Below are positions 28,901-42,639 of a DNA stretch of 64,000 nt, one piece after another. The stretch lies in contig OZ024741.1 of the NCBI GenBank assembly GCA_964016885.1, forward strand, positions 245,272,001-245,336,000, given 5' to 3'. Made by a program: the position numbers and the translations under genes. Source of the stretch: Eledone cirrhosa (Eukaryota). Numbering within the stretch: position 1 is the first letter of the stretch; each line of letters begins with the position of its first letter. Below the pieces are notes generated by a model. That model searched no databases. It worked only from the letters and a program-made list of their open reading frames with translations, and had not been told where the DNA came from.

Positions 28901-31900
28901 GATTTTTTTTAATGGATTTTTTTTAATGGATTTTTTTTTTAATGGATTTTTTTAATGGGTTTTTTTAATGGCTTTTTTAAATGGATTTTTTTAATGGTTT
29001 TTTTTTAATGGGTTTTTTAAATGGATTTTTTAATGGATTTTTAATTGATTTTTAATGGATTTTTAATGGGTTTTTAATGGATTTTTGAAATGGATTTTTT
29101 AATGGATTTTTTTTAATGGGTTTTTTAAATGGATTTTTTTAATGGATTTTTAATGGATTTTTAATGGATTTTTAATGGGTTTTTAATGGATTTTTTAAAT
29201 GGATTTTTTTAATGGATTTTTAATGGATTTTTTTAATGGATTTTTTTTAATGGTTTCTTTTAATGGATTTTTTTTTAATGGATTTTTTTTAATGGGTTTT
29301 TTTTTAATGGATTTTTTTTAATGGATTTTTTTAATGGATTTTTTAATGGATTTTTAATGGATTTTTTTTAATGGATTTTTTTAATGGATTTTTTAATGGA
29401 TTTTTTTATGGATTTTTTTTAATGGATTTTTTTTAATGGATTTTTTAAATGGATTTTTTTAATGGATTTTTTGAATGGGTTTTTTTAATGGATTTCTTTT
29501 TAATGGATTTTTTAAATGGATTTTTTTAATGGATTTTTTTAATGGGTTTTTTAAATGGATTTTTTAATGTATTTTTAATGGATTTTTAATGGATTTTTAA
29601 TGGGTTTTTAATGGATTTTTTTTAATGGATTTTTTTAATGGATTTTTAATGGATTTTTTTAATGGATTTTTTTTAATGGGTTTTTTTTAATGGATTTTTT
29701 TTTAATGGATTTTTTTAATGGGTTTTTTAAATGGATTTTTTACTGGATTTTTAATGGATTTTTAATGGGTTTTTAATGGATTTTTTTAAATTGATTTTTT
29801 TAATGGGTTTTTTTTAATGGCTTTTTTTTAATGGGTTTATTTAATGGCTTTTTTAAATGGATTTTTTAAATGGATTTTTTTAATGGATTTTTTTTAATGG
29901 GTTTTTTAAATGGATTTTTTAATGGATTTTTTTAATGGGTTTTTTAAATGGATTTTTTAATGTATTTTTAATGGATTTTTAATGGATTTTTAATGGGTTT
30001 TTAATGGATTTTTTTTAATGGATTTTTTTAATGGATTTTTTTAATGGATTTTTTTTAATGGGTTTTTTTAATGGCTTTTTTAAATGGATTTTTTTAATGG
30101 ATTTTTTTTAATGGGTTTTTTTTTAATGGATTTTTTTTAATGGATTTTTTAAATGGATTTTTTTAATGAATTTTTTTTAATGGGTTTTTTTAAATGGATT
30201 TTTTTTAATGGATTTTTTAAATGAATTTTTTTAATGGATTTTTTTAATGGGTTTTTTAAATGGATTTTTTAATGGATTTTTAATGGATTTTTAATGGGTT
30301 TTTAATGGATTTTTTAATGGATTTTTTTAAATGGATTTTTTTAATGGATTTTTAATGGATTTTTTTTAATGGATTTTTTTAATGGATTTTTTAATGGATT
30401 TTTTAATGGATTTTTTTTAATGGATTTTTTTAATGGATTTTTTAAATGGATTTTTTAATGGATTTTTTTAATGGGTTTTTTTTAATGGATTTTTTTTTAA
30501 TGGATTTTTTAAATGGATTTTTTTAATGGATTTTTTTTAATGGGTTTTTTAAATGGATTTTTTAATGGATTTTTAATGGATTTTTAATGGATTTTTAATG
30601 GGTTTTTAATGGATTTTTTTAAATGGATTTTTTTAATGGATTTTTAATGGATTTTTTTAAATTGATTTTTTTTAATGGATTTTTTTTTTAATGGATTTTT
30701 TTTTAATGGATTTTTTTTTAATGGATTTTTTTAATGGGTTTTTTAAATGGATTTTTTAATGGATTTTTAATGGATTTTTAATGGGTTTTTTTAAATTGAT
30801 TTTTTTAATGGGTTTTTTTTAATGGCTTTTTTTTAATGGGTTTTTTTAATGGCTTTTTTAAATGGATTTTTTTAATGGATTTTTTAATGGATTTTTTTTA
30901 ATGGGTTTTTTAAATGGATTTTTTAATGGATTTTTTTAAATGGATTTTTTTAATGGATTTTTAATGGATTTTTTTAAATTGATTTTTTTTAATGGATTTT
31001 TTTTAATGGATTTTTTTTTTAATGGATTTTTTTAATGGGTTTTTTTAATGGCTTTTTTAAATGGATTTTTTTAATGGTTTTTTTTTAATGGGTTTTTTAA
31101 ATGGATTTTTTAATGGATTTTTAATTGATTTTTAATGGATTTTTAATGGGTTTTTAATGGATTTTTTTAAATGGATTTTTTTAATGGATTTTTAATGGAT
31201 TTTTTTAAATTGATTTTTTTAATGGATTTTTTTTTTAATGGATTTTTTTTAATGGATTTTTGTTTTAATGGATTTTTTTTAATGGGTTTTTTAAATGGAT
31301 TTTTTAATGGATTTTTAATGGATTTTTAATGGGTTTTTAATGGATTTTTTTAAATGGATTTTTTTAATGGATTTTTAATGGCTTTTTTTAAATTGATTTT
31401 TTTAATGGGTTTTTTTAATGGCTTTTTTTTAATGGGTTTTTTTAATGGCTTTTTTAAATGGATTTTTTTAATGGATTTTTTTAATGGATTTTTTTTAATG
31501 GGTTTTTTAAATGGATTTTTTAATGGATTTTTTTAAATGTTTTTTTTAATGGATTTTTAATGGATTTTTTTAAATTGATTTTTTTTAATGGATTTTTTTT
31601 AATGGATTTTTTTTTAATGGATTTTTTTAATGGGTTTTTTTAATGGCTTTTTTAAATGGATTTTTTTAATGGATTTTTTTATTGGATTTTTTTAATGGGT
31701 TTTTTAATGGATTTTTAATGGATTTTTTTAAATTGATTTTTTTTAATGGATTTTTTTTTTAATGGATTTTTTTTTAATGGATTTTTTTTTAATGGATTTT
31801 TTTTAATGGGTTTTTTTAATGGGTTTTTTAAATGGATTTTTTAATGGATTTTTAATAGATTTTTAATGGATTTTTAATGGGTTTTTAATGGATTTTTTAA

Positions 31901-34900
31901 ATGGATTTTTTTTAATGGATTTTTTTTAATGGGTTTTTTAAATGGATTTTTTTAATGGATTTTTAATGGATTTTTAATGGTTTTTAATGGATTTTTTAAA
32001 TGGATTTTTTTAATGGATTTTTTATGGATTTTTTAAATTGATTTTTTTAATGGATTTTTTTTAATGGATTTTTTTTAATGGATTTTTTTTTTTAATGGAT
32101 TTTTTTTTAATGGGTTTTTTTAATGGCTTTTTTAAATGGATTTTTTTAATGGATTTCTTTAATGGATTTTTTTAATGGATTTTTTTAATGGGTTTTTTTA
32201 ATGGCTTTTTTAAATGGATTTTTTTAATGGATTTTTTTTAATGGGTTTTTTTTTAATGGATTTTTTTTAATGGATTTTTTAAATGGATTTTTTTAATGAA
32301 TTTTTTTTAATGGGTTTTTTTAAATGGATTTTTTTTAATGGATTTTTTAAATGAATTTTTTTAATGGATTTTTTTAATGGGTTTTTTAAATGGATTTTTT
32401 AATGGATTTTTAATGGATTTTTAATGGGTTTTTAATGGATTTTTTAATGGATTTTTTTAAATGGATTTTTTTAATGGATTTTTAATGGATTTTTTTTAAT
32501 GGATTTTTTTAATGGATTTTTTAATGGATTTTTTAATGGATTTTTTTTAATGGATTTTTTTAATGGATTTTTTAAATGGATTTTTTAATGGATTTTTTTA
32601 ATGGGTTTTTTTTAATGGATTTTTTTTTAATGGATTTTTTAAATGGATTTTTTTAATGGATTTTTTTTAATGGGTTTTTTAAATGGATTTTTTAATGGAT
32701 TTTTAATGGATTTTTAATGGATTTTTAATGGGTTTTTAATGGATTTTTTTAAATGGATTTTTTTAATGGATTTTTAATGGATTTTTTTAAATTGATTTTT
32801 TTTAATGGATTTTTTTTTTAATGGATTTTTTTTTAATGGATTTTTTTTTAATGGATTTTTTTAATGGGTTTTTTAAATGGATTTTTTAATGGATTTTTAA
32901 TGGATTTTTAATGGGTTTTTTTAAATTGATTTTTTTAATGGGTTTTTTTTAATGGCTTTTTTTTAATGGGTTTTTTTAATGGCTTTTTTAAATGGATTTT
33001 TTTAATGGATTTTTTAATGGATTTTTTTTAATGGGTTTTTTAAATGGATTTTTTAATGGATTTTTTTAAATGGATTTTTTTAATGGATTTTTAATGGATT
33101 TTTTTAAATTGATTTTTTTTAATGGATTTTTTTTAATGGATTTTTTTTTTAATGGATTTTTTTAATGGGTTTTTTTAATGGCTTTTTTAAATGGATTTTT
33201 TTAATGGTTTTTTTTTAATGGGTTTTTTAAATGGATTTTTTAATGGATTTTTAATTGATTTTTAATGGATTTTTAATGGATTTTTAATGGGTTTTTAATG
33301 GATTTTTTTTAATGGATTTTTTTAATGGATTTTTAATGGATTTTTTTAATGGATTTTTTTAATGGGTTTTTTTAATGGATTTTTTTTTAATGGATTTTTT
33401 TAATGGGTTTTTTTTAATGGATTTTTTTTAATGGATTTTTTAAATGGATTTTTTTAATGGATTTTTTTTAATGGGTTTTTTTAAATGGATTTTTTTTAAT
33501 GGATTTTTAAATGAATTTTTTTAATGGATTTTTTAATGGGTTTTTTAAATGGATTTTTTAATGGATTTTTAATGGATTTTTAATGGATTTTTAATGGATT
33601 TTTTAATGGATTTTTTTAAATGGATTTTTTTAATGGATTTTTAATGCATTTTTTTTAATGGATTTTTTTAATGGATTTTTTTTTTAATGGATTTTTTTTT
33701 AATGGATTTTTTTTTAATGAATTTTTTTTAATGGGTTTTTTAAATGGATTTTTTAATGGATTTTTAATGGATTTTTAATGGGTTTTTAATGGATTTTTTA
33801 ATGGATTTTTTTTAATGGATTTTTTTAATGGATTTTTAATGGATTTTTTTTAATGGATTTTTTTAATGGATTTTTTAATGGATTTTTTAATGGATTTTTT
33901 TTAATGGATTTTTTTAATGGATTTTTTAAATGGATTTTTTTAATGGATTTTTTTAATGGTTTTTTTTTAATGGATTTTTTTTAATGGATTTTTAAATGGA
34001 TTTTTTTAATGGATTTTTTTTAATGGGTTTTTTAAATGGATTTTTTAATGGATTTTTAATGGATTTTTAATGGATTTTTAATGGGTTTTTAATGGATTTT
34101 TTTAAATGGATTTTTTTAATGGATTTTTAATGGATTTTTTTAAATTGATTTTTTTTAATGGATTTTTTTTTTAATGGATTTTTTTTTAATGGATTTTTTT
34201 TTAATGGATTTTTTTAATGGGTTTTTTAAATGGATTTTTTAATGGATTTTTAATGGATTTATAATGGGTTTTTTTAAATTGATTTTTTTAATGGGTTTTT
34301 TTAATGGCTTTTTTTAAATGGGTTTTTTTAATGGCTTTTTTAAATGGATTTTTTTAATGGATTTTTTAATGGATTTTTTTTAATGGGTTTTTTAAATGGA
34401 TTTTTTAATGGATTTTTTTAAATGGATTTTTTTAATGGATTTTTAATGGATTTTTTTAAATTGATTTTTTTTAATTGATTTTTTTTAATGGATTTTTTTC
34501 TTAATGGATTTTTTTAATGGGTTTTTTTAATGGCTTTTTTAAATGGATTTTTTTAATGGTTTTTTTTTAATGGGTTTTTTAAATGGATTTTTTAATGGAT
34601 TTTTAATTGATTTTTAATGGATTTTTAATGGGTTTTTAATGGATTTTTGAAATGGATTTTTTAATGGATTTTTTTTAATGGGTTTTTTAAATGGATTTTT
34701 TTAATGGATTTTTAATGGATTTTTAATGGATTTTTAATGGGTTTTTAATGGATTTTTTAAATGGATTTTTTTAATGGATTTTTAATGGATTTTTTTAATG
34801 GATTTTTTTTAATGGTTTCTTTTAATGGATTTTTTTTTAATGGATTTTTTTTAATGGGTTTTTTTTTAATGGATTTTTTTTAATGGATTTTTTTAATGGA

Positions 34901-37900
34901 TTTTTTTAATGGATTTTTAATGGATTTTTTTTAATGGATTTTTTTAATGGATTTTTTAATGGATTTTTTTATGGATTTTTTTTAATGGATTTTTTTTAAT
35001 GGATTTTTTTAATGGATTTTTTTAATGGATTTTTTTAATGGGTTTTTTTAATGGATTTCTTTTTAATGGATTTTTTAAATGGATTTTTTTAATGGATTTT
35101 TTTAATGGGTTTTTTAAATGGATTTTTTAATGTATTTTTAATGGATTTTTAATGGATTTTTAATGGGTTTTTAATGGATTTTTTTTAATGGATTTTTTTA
35201 ATGGATTTTTTTAATGGATTTTTTTTAATGGGTTTTTTTAATGGCTTTTTTAAATGGATTTTTTTAATGGATTTTTTTTAATGGGTTTTTTTTTAATGGA
35301 TTTTTTTTAATGGATTTTTTAAATGGATTTTTTTAATGAATTTTTTTTAATGGGTTTTTTTAAATGGATTTTTTTTAATGGATTTTTTAAATGAATTTTT
35401 TTAATGGATTTTTTTAATGGGTTTTTTAAATGGATTTTTTAATGGATTTTTAATGGATTTTTAATGGGTTTTTAATGGATTTTTTAATGGATTTTTTTAA
35501 ATGGATTTTTTTAATGGATTTTTAATGGATTTTTTTTAATGGATTTTTTTAATGGATTTTTTAATGGATTTTTTAATGGATTTTTTTTAATGGATTTTTT
35601 TAATGGATTTTTTAAATGGATTTTTTAATGGATTTTTTTAATGGGTTTTTTTTAATGGATTTTTTTTTAATGGATTTTTTAAATGGATTTTTTTTAATGG
35701 GTTTTTTAAATGGATTTTTTAATGGATTTTTAATGGATTTTTAATGGATTTTTAATGGGTTTTTAATGGATTTTTTTAAATGGATTTTTTTAATGGATTT
35801 TTAATGGATTTTTTTAAATTGATTTTTTTTAATGGATTTTTTTTTTAATGGATTTTTTTTTAATGGATTTTTTTTTAATGGATTTTTTTAATGGGTTTTT
35901 TAAATGGATTTTTTAATGGATTTTTAATGGATTTTTAATGGGTTTTTTTAAATTGATTTTTTTAATGGGTTTTTTTTAATGGCTTTTTTTTAATGGGTTT
36001 TTTTAATGGCTTTTTTAAATGGATTTTTTTAATGGATTTTTTAATGGATTTTTTTTAATGGGTTTTTTAAATGGATTTTTTAATGGATTTTTTTAAATGG
36101 ATTTTTTTAATGGATTTTTAATGGATTTTTTTAAATTGATTTTTTTTAATGGATTTTTTTTAATGGATTTTTTTTTTAATGGATTTTTTTAATGGGTTTT
36201 TTTAATGGCTTTTTTAAATGGATTTTTTTAATGGTTTTTTTTTAATGGGTTTTTTAAATGGATTTTTTAATGGATTTTTAATTGATTTTTAATGGATTTT
36301 TAATGGGTTTTTAATGGATTTTTTTAAATGGATTTTTTTAATGGATTTTTAATGGATTTTTTTAAATTGATTTTTTTAATGGATTTTTTTTTTAATGGAT
36401 TTTTTTTAATGGATTTTTGTTTTAATGGATTTTTTTTAATGGGTTTTTTAAATGGATTTTTTAATGGATTTTTAATGGATTTTTAATGGGTTTTTAATGG
36501 ATTTTTTTAAATGGATTTTTTTAATGGATTTTTAATGGCTTTTTTTAAATTGATTTTTTTAATGGGTTTTTTTAATGGCTTTTTTTTAATGGGTTTTTTT
36601 AATGGCTTTTTTAAATGGATTTTTTTAATGGATTTTTTTAATGGATTTTTTTTAATGGGTTTTTTAAATGGATTTTTTAATGGATTTTTTTAAATGTTTT
36701 TTTTAATGGATTTTTAATGGATTTTTTTAAATTGATTTTTTTTAATGGATTTTTTTTAATGGATTTTTTTTTAATGGATTTTTTTAATGGGTTTTTTAAT
36801 GGCTTTTTTAAATGGATTTTTTTAATGGATTTTTTTATTGGATTTTTTTAATGGGTTTTTTAATGGATTTTTAATGGATTTTTTTAAATTGATTTTTTTT
36901 AATGTATTTTTTTTTTAATGGATTTTTTTTTAATGGATTTTTTTTTAATGGATTTTTTTTAATGGGTTTTTTTAATGGGTTTTTTAAATGGATTTTTTAA
37001 TGGATTTTTAATAGATTTTTAATGGATTTTTAATGGGTTTTTAATGGATTTTTTAAATGGATTTTTTTTAATGGATTTTTTTTAATGGGTTTTTTAAATG
37101 GATTTTTTTAATGGATTTTTAATGGATTTTTAATGGATTTTTAATGGTTTTTAATGGATTTTTTAAATGGATTTTTTTAATGGATTTTTTATGGATTTTT
37201 TAAATTGATTTTTTTAATGGATTTTTTTTAATGGATTTTTTTTAATGGATTTTTTTTTTTAATGGATTTTTTTTAATGGGTTTTTTTAATGGCTTTTTTA
37301 AATGGATTTTTTTAATGGATTTCTTTAATGGATTTTTTTAATGGATTTTTTTTAATGGGTTTTTTTAATGGCTTTTTTAAATGGATTTTTTTAATGGATT
37401 TTTTTTAATGGGTTTTTTTTTAATGGATTTTTTTTAATGGATTTTTTAAATGGATTTTTTTAATGAATTTTTTTTAATGGGTTTTTTTAAATGGATTTTT
37501 TTTAATGGATTTTTTAAATGAATTTTTTTAATGGATTTTTTTAATGGGTTTTTTAAATGGATTTTTTAATGGATTTTTAATGGATTTTTTATGGGTTTTT
37601 AATGGATTTTTTAATGGATTTTTTTAAATGGATTTTTTTAATGGATTTTTAATGGATTTTTTTTAATGGATTTTTTTAATGGATTTTTTAATGGATTTTT
37701 TAATGGATTTTTTTTAATGGATTTTTTTAATGGATTTTTTAAATGGATTTTTTAATGGATTTTTTTAATGGGTTTTTTTTAATGGATTTTTTTTTAATGG
37801 ATTTTTTAAATGGATTTTTTTAATGGATTTTTTTTAATGGGTTTTTTAAATGGATTTTTTAATGGATTTTTAATGGATTTTTAATGGATTTTTAATGGGT

Positions 37901-40660
37901 TTTTAATGGATTTTTTTAAATGGATTTTTTTAATGGATTTTTAATGGATTTTTTTAAATTGATTTTTTTTAATGGATTTTTTTTTTAATGGATTTTTTTT
38001 TAATGGATTTTTTTTTAATGGATTTTTTTAATGGGTTTTTTAAATGGATTTTTTAATGGATTTTTAATGGATTTTTAATGGGTTTTTTTAAATTGATTTT
38101 TTTAATGGGTTTTTTTTAATGGCTTTTTTTTAATGGGTTTTTTTAATGGCTTTTTTAAATGGATTTTTTTAATGGATTTTTTAATGGATTTTTTTTAATG
38201 GGTTTTTTAAATGGATTTTTTAATGGATTTTTTTAAATGGATTTTTTTAATGGATTTTTAATGGATTTTTTTAAATTGATTTTTTTTAATGGATTTTTTT
38301 TAATGGATTTTTTTTTTAATGGATTTTTTTAATGGGTTTTTTTAATGGCTTTTTTAAATGGATTTTTTTAATGGTTTTTTTTTAATGGGTTTTTTAAATG
38401 GATTTTTTAATGGATTTTTAATTGATTTTTAATGGATTTTTAATGGATTTTTAATGGGTTTTTAATGGATTTTTTTTAATGGATTTTTTTAATGGATTTT
38501 TAATGGATTTTTTTAATGGATTTTTTTAATGGGTTTTTTTAATGGATTTTTTTTTAATGGATTTTTTTAATGGGTTTTTTTTAATGGATTTTTTTTAATG
38601 GATTTTTTAAATGGATTTTTTTAATGGATTTTTTTTAATGGGTTTTTTTAAATGGATTTTTTTTAATGGATTTTTAAATGAATTTTTTTAATGGATTTTT
38701 TAATGGGTTTTTTAAATGGATTTTTTAATGGATTTTTAATGGATTTTTAATGGATTTTTAATGGATTTTTTAATGGATTTTTTTAAATGGATTTTTTTAA
38801 TGGATTTTTAATGCATTTTTTTTAATGGATTTTTTTAATGGATTTTTTTTTTAATGGATTTTTTTTTAATGGATTTTTTTTTAATGAATTTTTTTTAATG
38901 GGTTTTTTAAATGGATTTTTTAATGGATTTTTAATGGATTTTTAATGGGTTTTTAATGGATTTTTTAATGGATTTTTTTAAATGGATTTTTTTAATGGAT
39001 TTTTAATGGATTTTTTTTAATGGATTTTTTTAATGGATTTTTTAATGGATTTTTTAATGGATTTTTTTTAATGGATTTTTTTAATGGATTTTTTAAATGG
39101 ATTTTTTTAATGGATTTTTTTAATGGTTTTTTTTTTATGGATTTTTTTTAATGGATTTTTTAAATGGATTTTTTTAATGAATTTTTTTTAATGGGTTTTT
39201 TAAATGGATTTTTTAATGGATTTTTAATGGATTTTTAATGGATTTTTAATGGGTTTTTAATGGATTTTTTTAAATGGATTTTTTTAATGGATTTTTAATG
39301 GATTTTTTTAAATTGATTTTTTTTAATGGATTTTTTTTTTAATGGATTTTTTTTAATGGATTTTTTTTTAATGGATTTTTTTAATGGGTTTTTTAAATGG
39401 ATTTTTTAATGGATTTTTAATGGATTTATAATGGGTTTTTTTAAATTGATTTTTTTAATGGGTTTTTTTAATGGCTTTTTTTAAATGGGTTTTTTTAATG
39501 GCTTTTTTAAATGGATTTTTTTAATGGATTTTTTAATGGATTTTTTTTAATGGGTTTTTTAAATGGATTTTTTAATGGATTTTTTTAAATGGATTTTTTT
39601 AATGGATTTTTAATGGATTTTTTTAAATTGATTTTTTTTAATGGATTTTTTTTAATGGATTTTTTTTTTAATGGATTTTTTTAATGGGTTTTTTTAATGG
39701 CTTTTTTAAATGGATTTTTTTAATGGTTTTTTTTTAATGGGTTTTTTAAATGGATTTTTTAATGGATTTTTAATTGATTTTTAATGGATTTTTAATGGGT
39801 TTTTAATGGATTTTTGAAATGGATTTTTTAATGGATTTTTTTTAATGGGTTTTTTAAATGGATTTTTTTAATGGATTTTTAATGGATTTTTAATGGATTT
39901 TTAATGGGTTTTTAATGGATTTTTTAAATGGATTTTTTTAATGGATTTTTAATGGATTTTTTTAATGGATTTTTTTTAATGGTTTCTTTTAATGGATTTT
40001 TTTTTAATGGATTTTTTTTAATGGGTTTTTTTTTAATGGATTTTTTTTAATGGATTTTTTTAATGGATTTTTTAATGGATTTTTAATGGATTTTTTTTAA
40101 TGGATTTTTTTAATGGATTTTTTAATGGATTTTTTTATGGATTTTTTTTAATGGATTTTTTTTAATGGATTTTTTAAATGGATTTTTTTAATGGATTTTT
40201 TGAATGGGTTTTTTTAATGGATTTCTTTTTAATGGATTTTTTAAATGGATTTTTTTAATGGATTTTTTTAATGGGTTTTTTAAATGGATTTTTTTAATGT
40301 ATTTTTAATGGATTTTTAATGGATTTTTAATGGGTTTTTAATGGATTTTTTTTAATGGATTTTTTTAATGGATTTTTAATGGATTTTTTTAATGGATTTT
40401 TTTAATGGGTTTTTTTTAATGGATTTTTTTTTAATGGATTTTTTTAATGGGTTTTTTAAATGGATTTTTTACTGGATTTTTAATGGATTTTTAATGGGTT
40501 TTTAATGGATTTTTTTAAATTGATTTTTTTAATGGGTTTTTTTTAATGGCTTTTTTTTAATGGGTTTATTTAATGGCTTTTTTAAATGGATTTTTTAAAT
40601 GGATTTTTTTAATGGATTTTTTTTAATGGGTTTTTTAAATGGATTTTTTAATGGATTTTT
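24360..40660 (+). repeat. Three tandem higher-order units of ~5.57, ~5.17 and ~5.56 kb
   Basis: ATGCAT at 28081, 33644, 38811. GGATTTCTTT at 26596, 32157, 37323. ATTGGA at 26109, 31681, 36837. The two track ORFs (31354, 36511) are 5157 bp apart. Confidence 0.87.
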
Positions 40661-42639
40661 TTAAATTGATTTTTTTTAATGGATTTTTTTTTTAATGGAT
40701 TTTTTTAATGGTTTTTTTTAATGGCTTTTTTAAATGGATTTTTTTAATGGATTTTTTTAATGGATTTTTTTTAATGGGTTTTTTAAATGGATTTTTTAAT
40801 GGATTTTTAATAAATTTTTAATGGATTTTTAATGGGTTTTTAATGGATTTTTTAAATGGATTTTTTTAATGGATTTTTTTTAATGGGTTTTTTAAATGGA
40901 TTTTTTTAATGGATTTTTAATGGATTTTTAATGGATTTTTAATGGTTTTTAATGGATTTTTTAAATGGATTTTTTTAATGGATTTTTTATGGATTTTTTA
41001 AATTGATTTTTTTTAATGGATTTTTTTAATGGATTTTTTTTAATGGATTTTTTTTTTTAATGGATTTTTTTTTAATGGGTTTTTTTAATGGCTTTTTTAA
41101 ATGGATTTTTTTAATGGATTTCTTTAATGGATTTTTTTAATGGATTTTTTTTTAATGGGTTTTTTTAATGGCTTTTTTAAATGGATTTTTTTAATGGATT
41201 TTTTTTAATGGGTTTTTTTTTAATGGATTTTTTTTAATGGATTTTTTAAATGGATTTTTTTAATGAATTTTTTTTAATGGGTTTTTTTAAATGGATTTTT
41301 TTTAATGGATTTTTTAAATGAATTTTTTTAATGGATTTTTTTAATGGGTTTTTTAAATGGATTTTTTAATGGATTTTTAATGGATTTTTAATGGGTTTTT
41401 AATGGATTTTTTAATGGATTTTTTTAAATGGATTTTTTTAATGGATTTTTAATGGATTTTTTTTAATGGATTTTTTTAATGGATTTTTTAATGGATTTTT
41501 TAATGGATTTTTTTTAATGGATTTTTTTAATGGATTTTTTAAATGGATTTTTTAATGGATTTTTTTAATGGGTTTTTTTTAATGGATTTTTTTTTAATGG
41601 ATTTTTTAAATGGATTTTTTTAATGGCTTTTTTAAATGGATTTTTTTAATGGTTTTTTTTTAATGGGTTTTTTAAATGGATTTTTTAATGGATTTTTAAT
41701 GGATTTTTAATGGATTTTTAATGGGTTTTTAATGGATTTTTTTAAATGGATTTTTTTAATGGATTTTTAATGGATTTTTTTAAATTGATTTTTTTTAATG
41801 GATTTTTTTTTTAATGGATTTTTTTTTAATGGATTTTTTTTAATGGATTTTTTTAATGGGTTTTTTAAATGGATTTTTTAATGGATTTTTAATGGATTTT
41901 TAATGGGTTTTTTTAAATTGATTTTTTTAATGGGTTTTTTTTAATGGGTTTTTTTAATGGCTTTTTTAAATGGATTTTTTTAATGGATTTTTTAATGGAT
42001 TTTTTTTAATGGGTTTTTTAAATGGATTTTTTAATGGATTTTTTTAAATGGATTTTTTTAATGGATTTTTAATGGATTTTTTTAAATTGATTTTTTTTAA
42101 TGGATTTTTTTTAATGGATTTTTTTTTTAATGGATTTTTTTAATGGGTTTTTTTAATGGCTTTTTTAAATGGATTTTTTTAATGGTTTTTTTTTAATGGG
42201 TTTTTTAAATGGATTTTTTAATGGATTTTTAATTGATTTTTAATGGATTTTTAATGGGTTTTTAATGGATTTTTGAAATGGATTTTTTAATGGATTTTTT
42301 TTAATGGGTTTTTTAAATGGATTTTTTTAATGGATTTTTAATGGATTTTTAATAGATTTTTAATGGGTTTTTAATGGATTTTTTTTAATGGGTTTTTTAA
42401 ATGGATTTTTTTAATGGATTTTTAATGGATTTTTAATGGGTTTTTAATGGATTTTTTAAATGGATTTTTTTAATGGATTTTTAATGGATTTTTTAAATTG
42501 ATTTTTTTTAATGGGTTTTTTTAAATGGATTTTTTTTAATGGATTTTTTAAATGGATTTTATAATGGCTTTTTTTAATGGGTTTTTTAAATAGATTTTTT
42601 AATGAATTTTTAATGGATTTTTAATGGGTTTTTAATGGA

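Larger units (their letters stand above)
1..42330. repeat. Satellite sub-domain A (higher-order repeat family A)
   Basis: Recurring diagnostic variants. GGATTTTTGAAATGG (G at 1339, 3860, 6209, 10458, 13361, 17170, 19039, 21561, 23909, 29087, 34649, 39816, 42275). GGATTTCTTTAATGG (C at 2718, 14684, 20419, 26596, 32157, 37323, 41122). GGATTTATAATGGG (e.g. 951, 5821, 18651, 23521, 34261). I did not see these after ~42.3 kb. Confidence 0.8.

Noticed and set aside
31354-31536. 60-aa ORF MDFFNGFLMAFFKLIF...
   Set aside because: It is a translation of the satellite (F/N/G/M/D low complexity) that avoids TAA by chance. The homologous stretch starting at ~25783 has one T fewer near 25920, which shifts the frame, so there is no sign of frame conservation.
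36511-36693. Identical 60-aa ORF copy
   Set aside because: Its identity is explained by the ~5.16 kb higher-order duplication, not by coding constraint.
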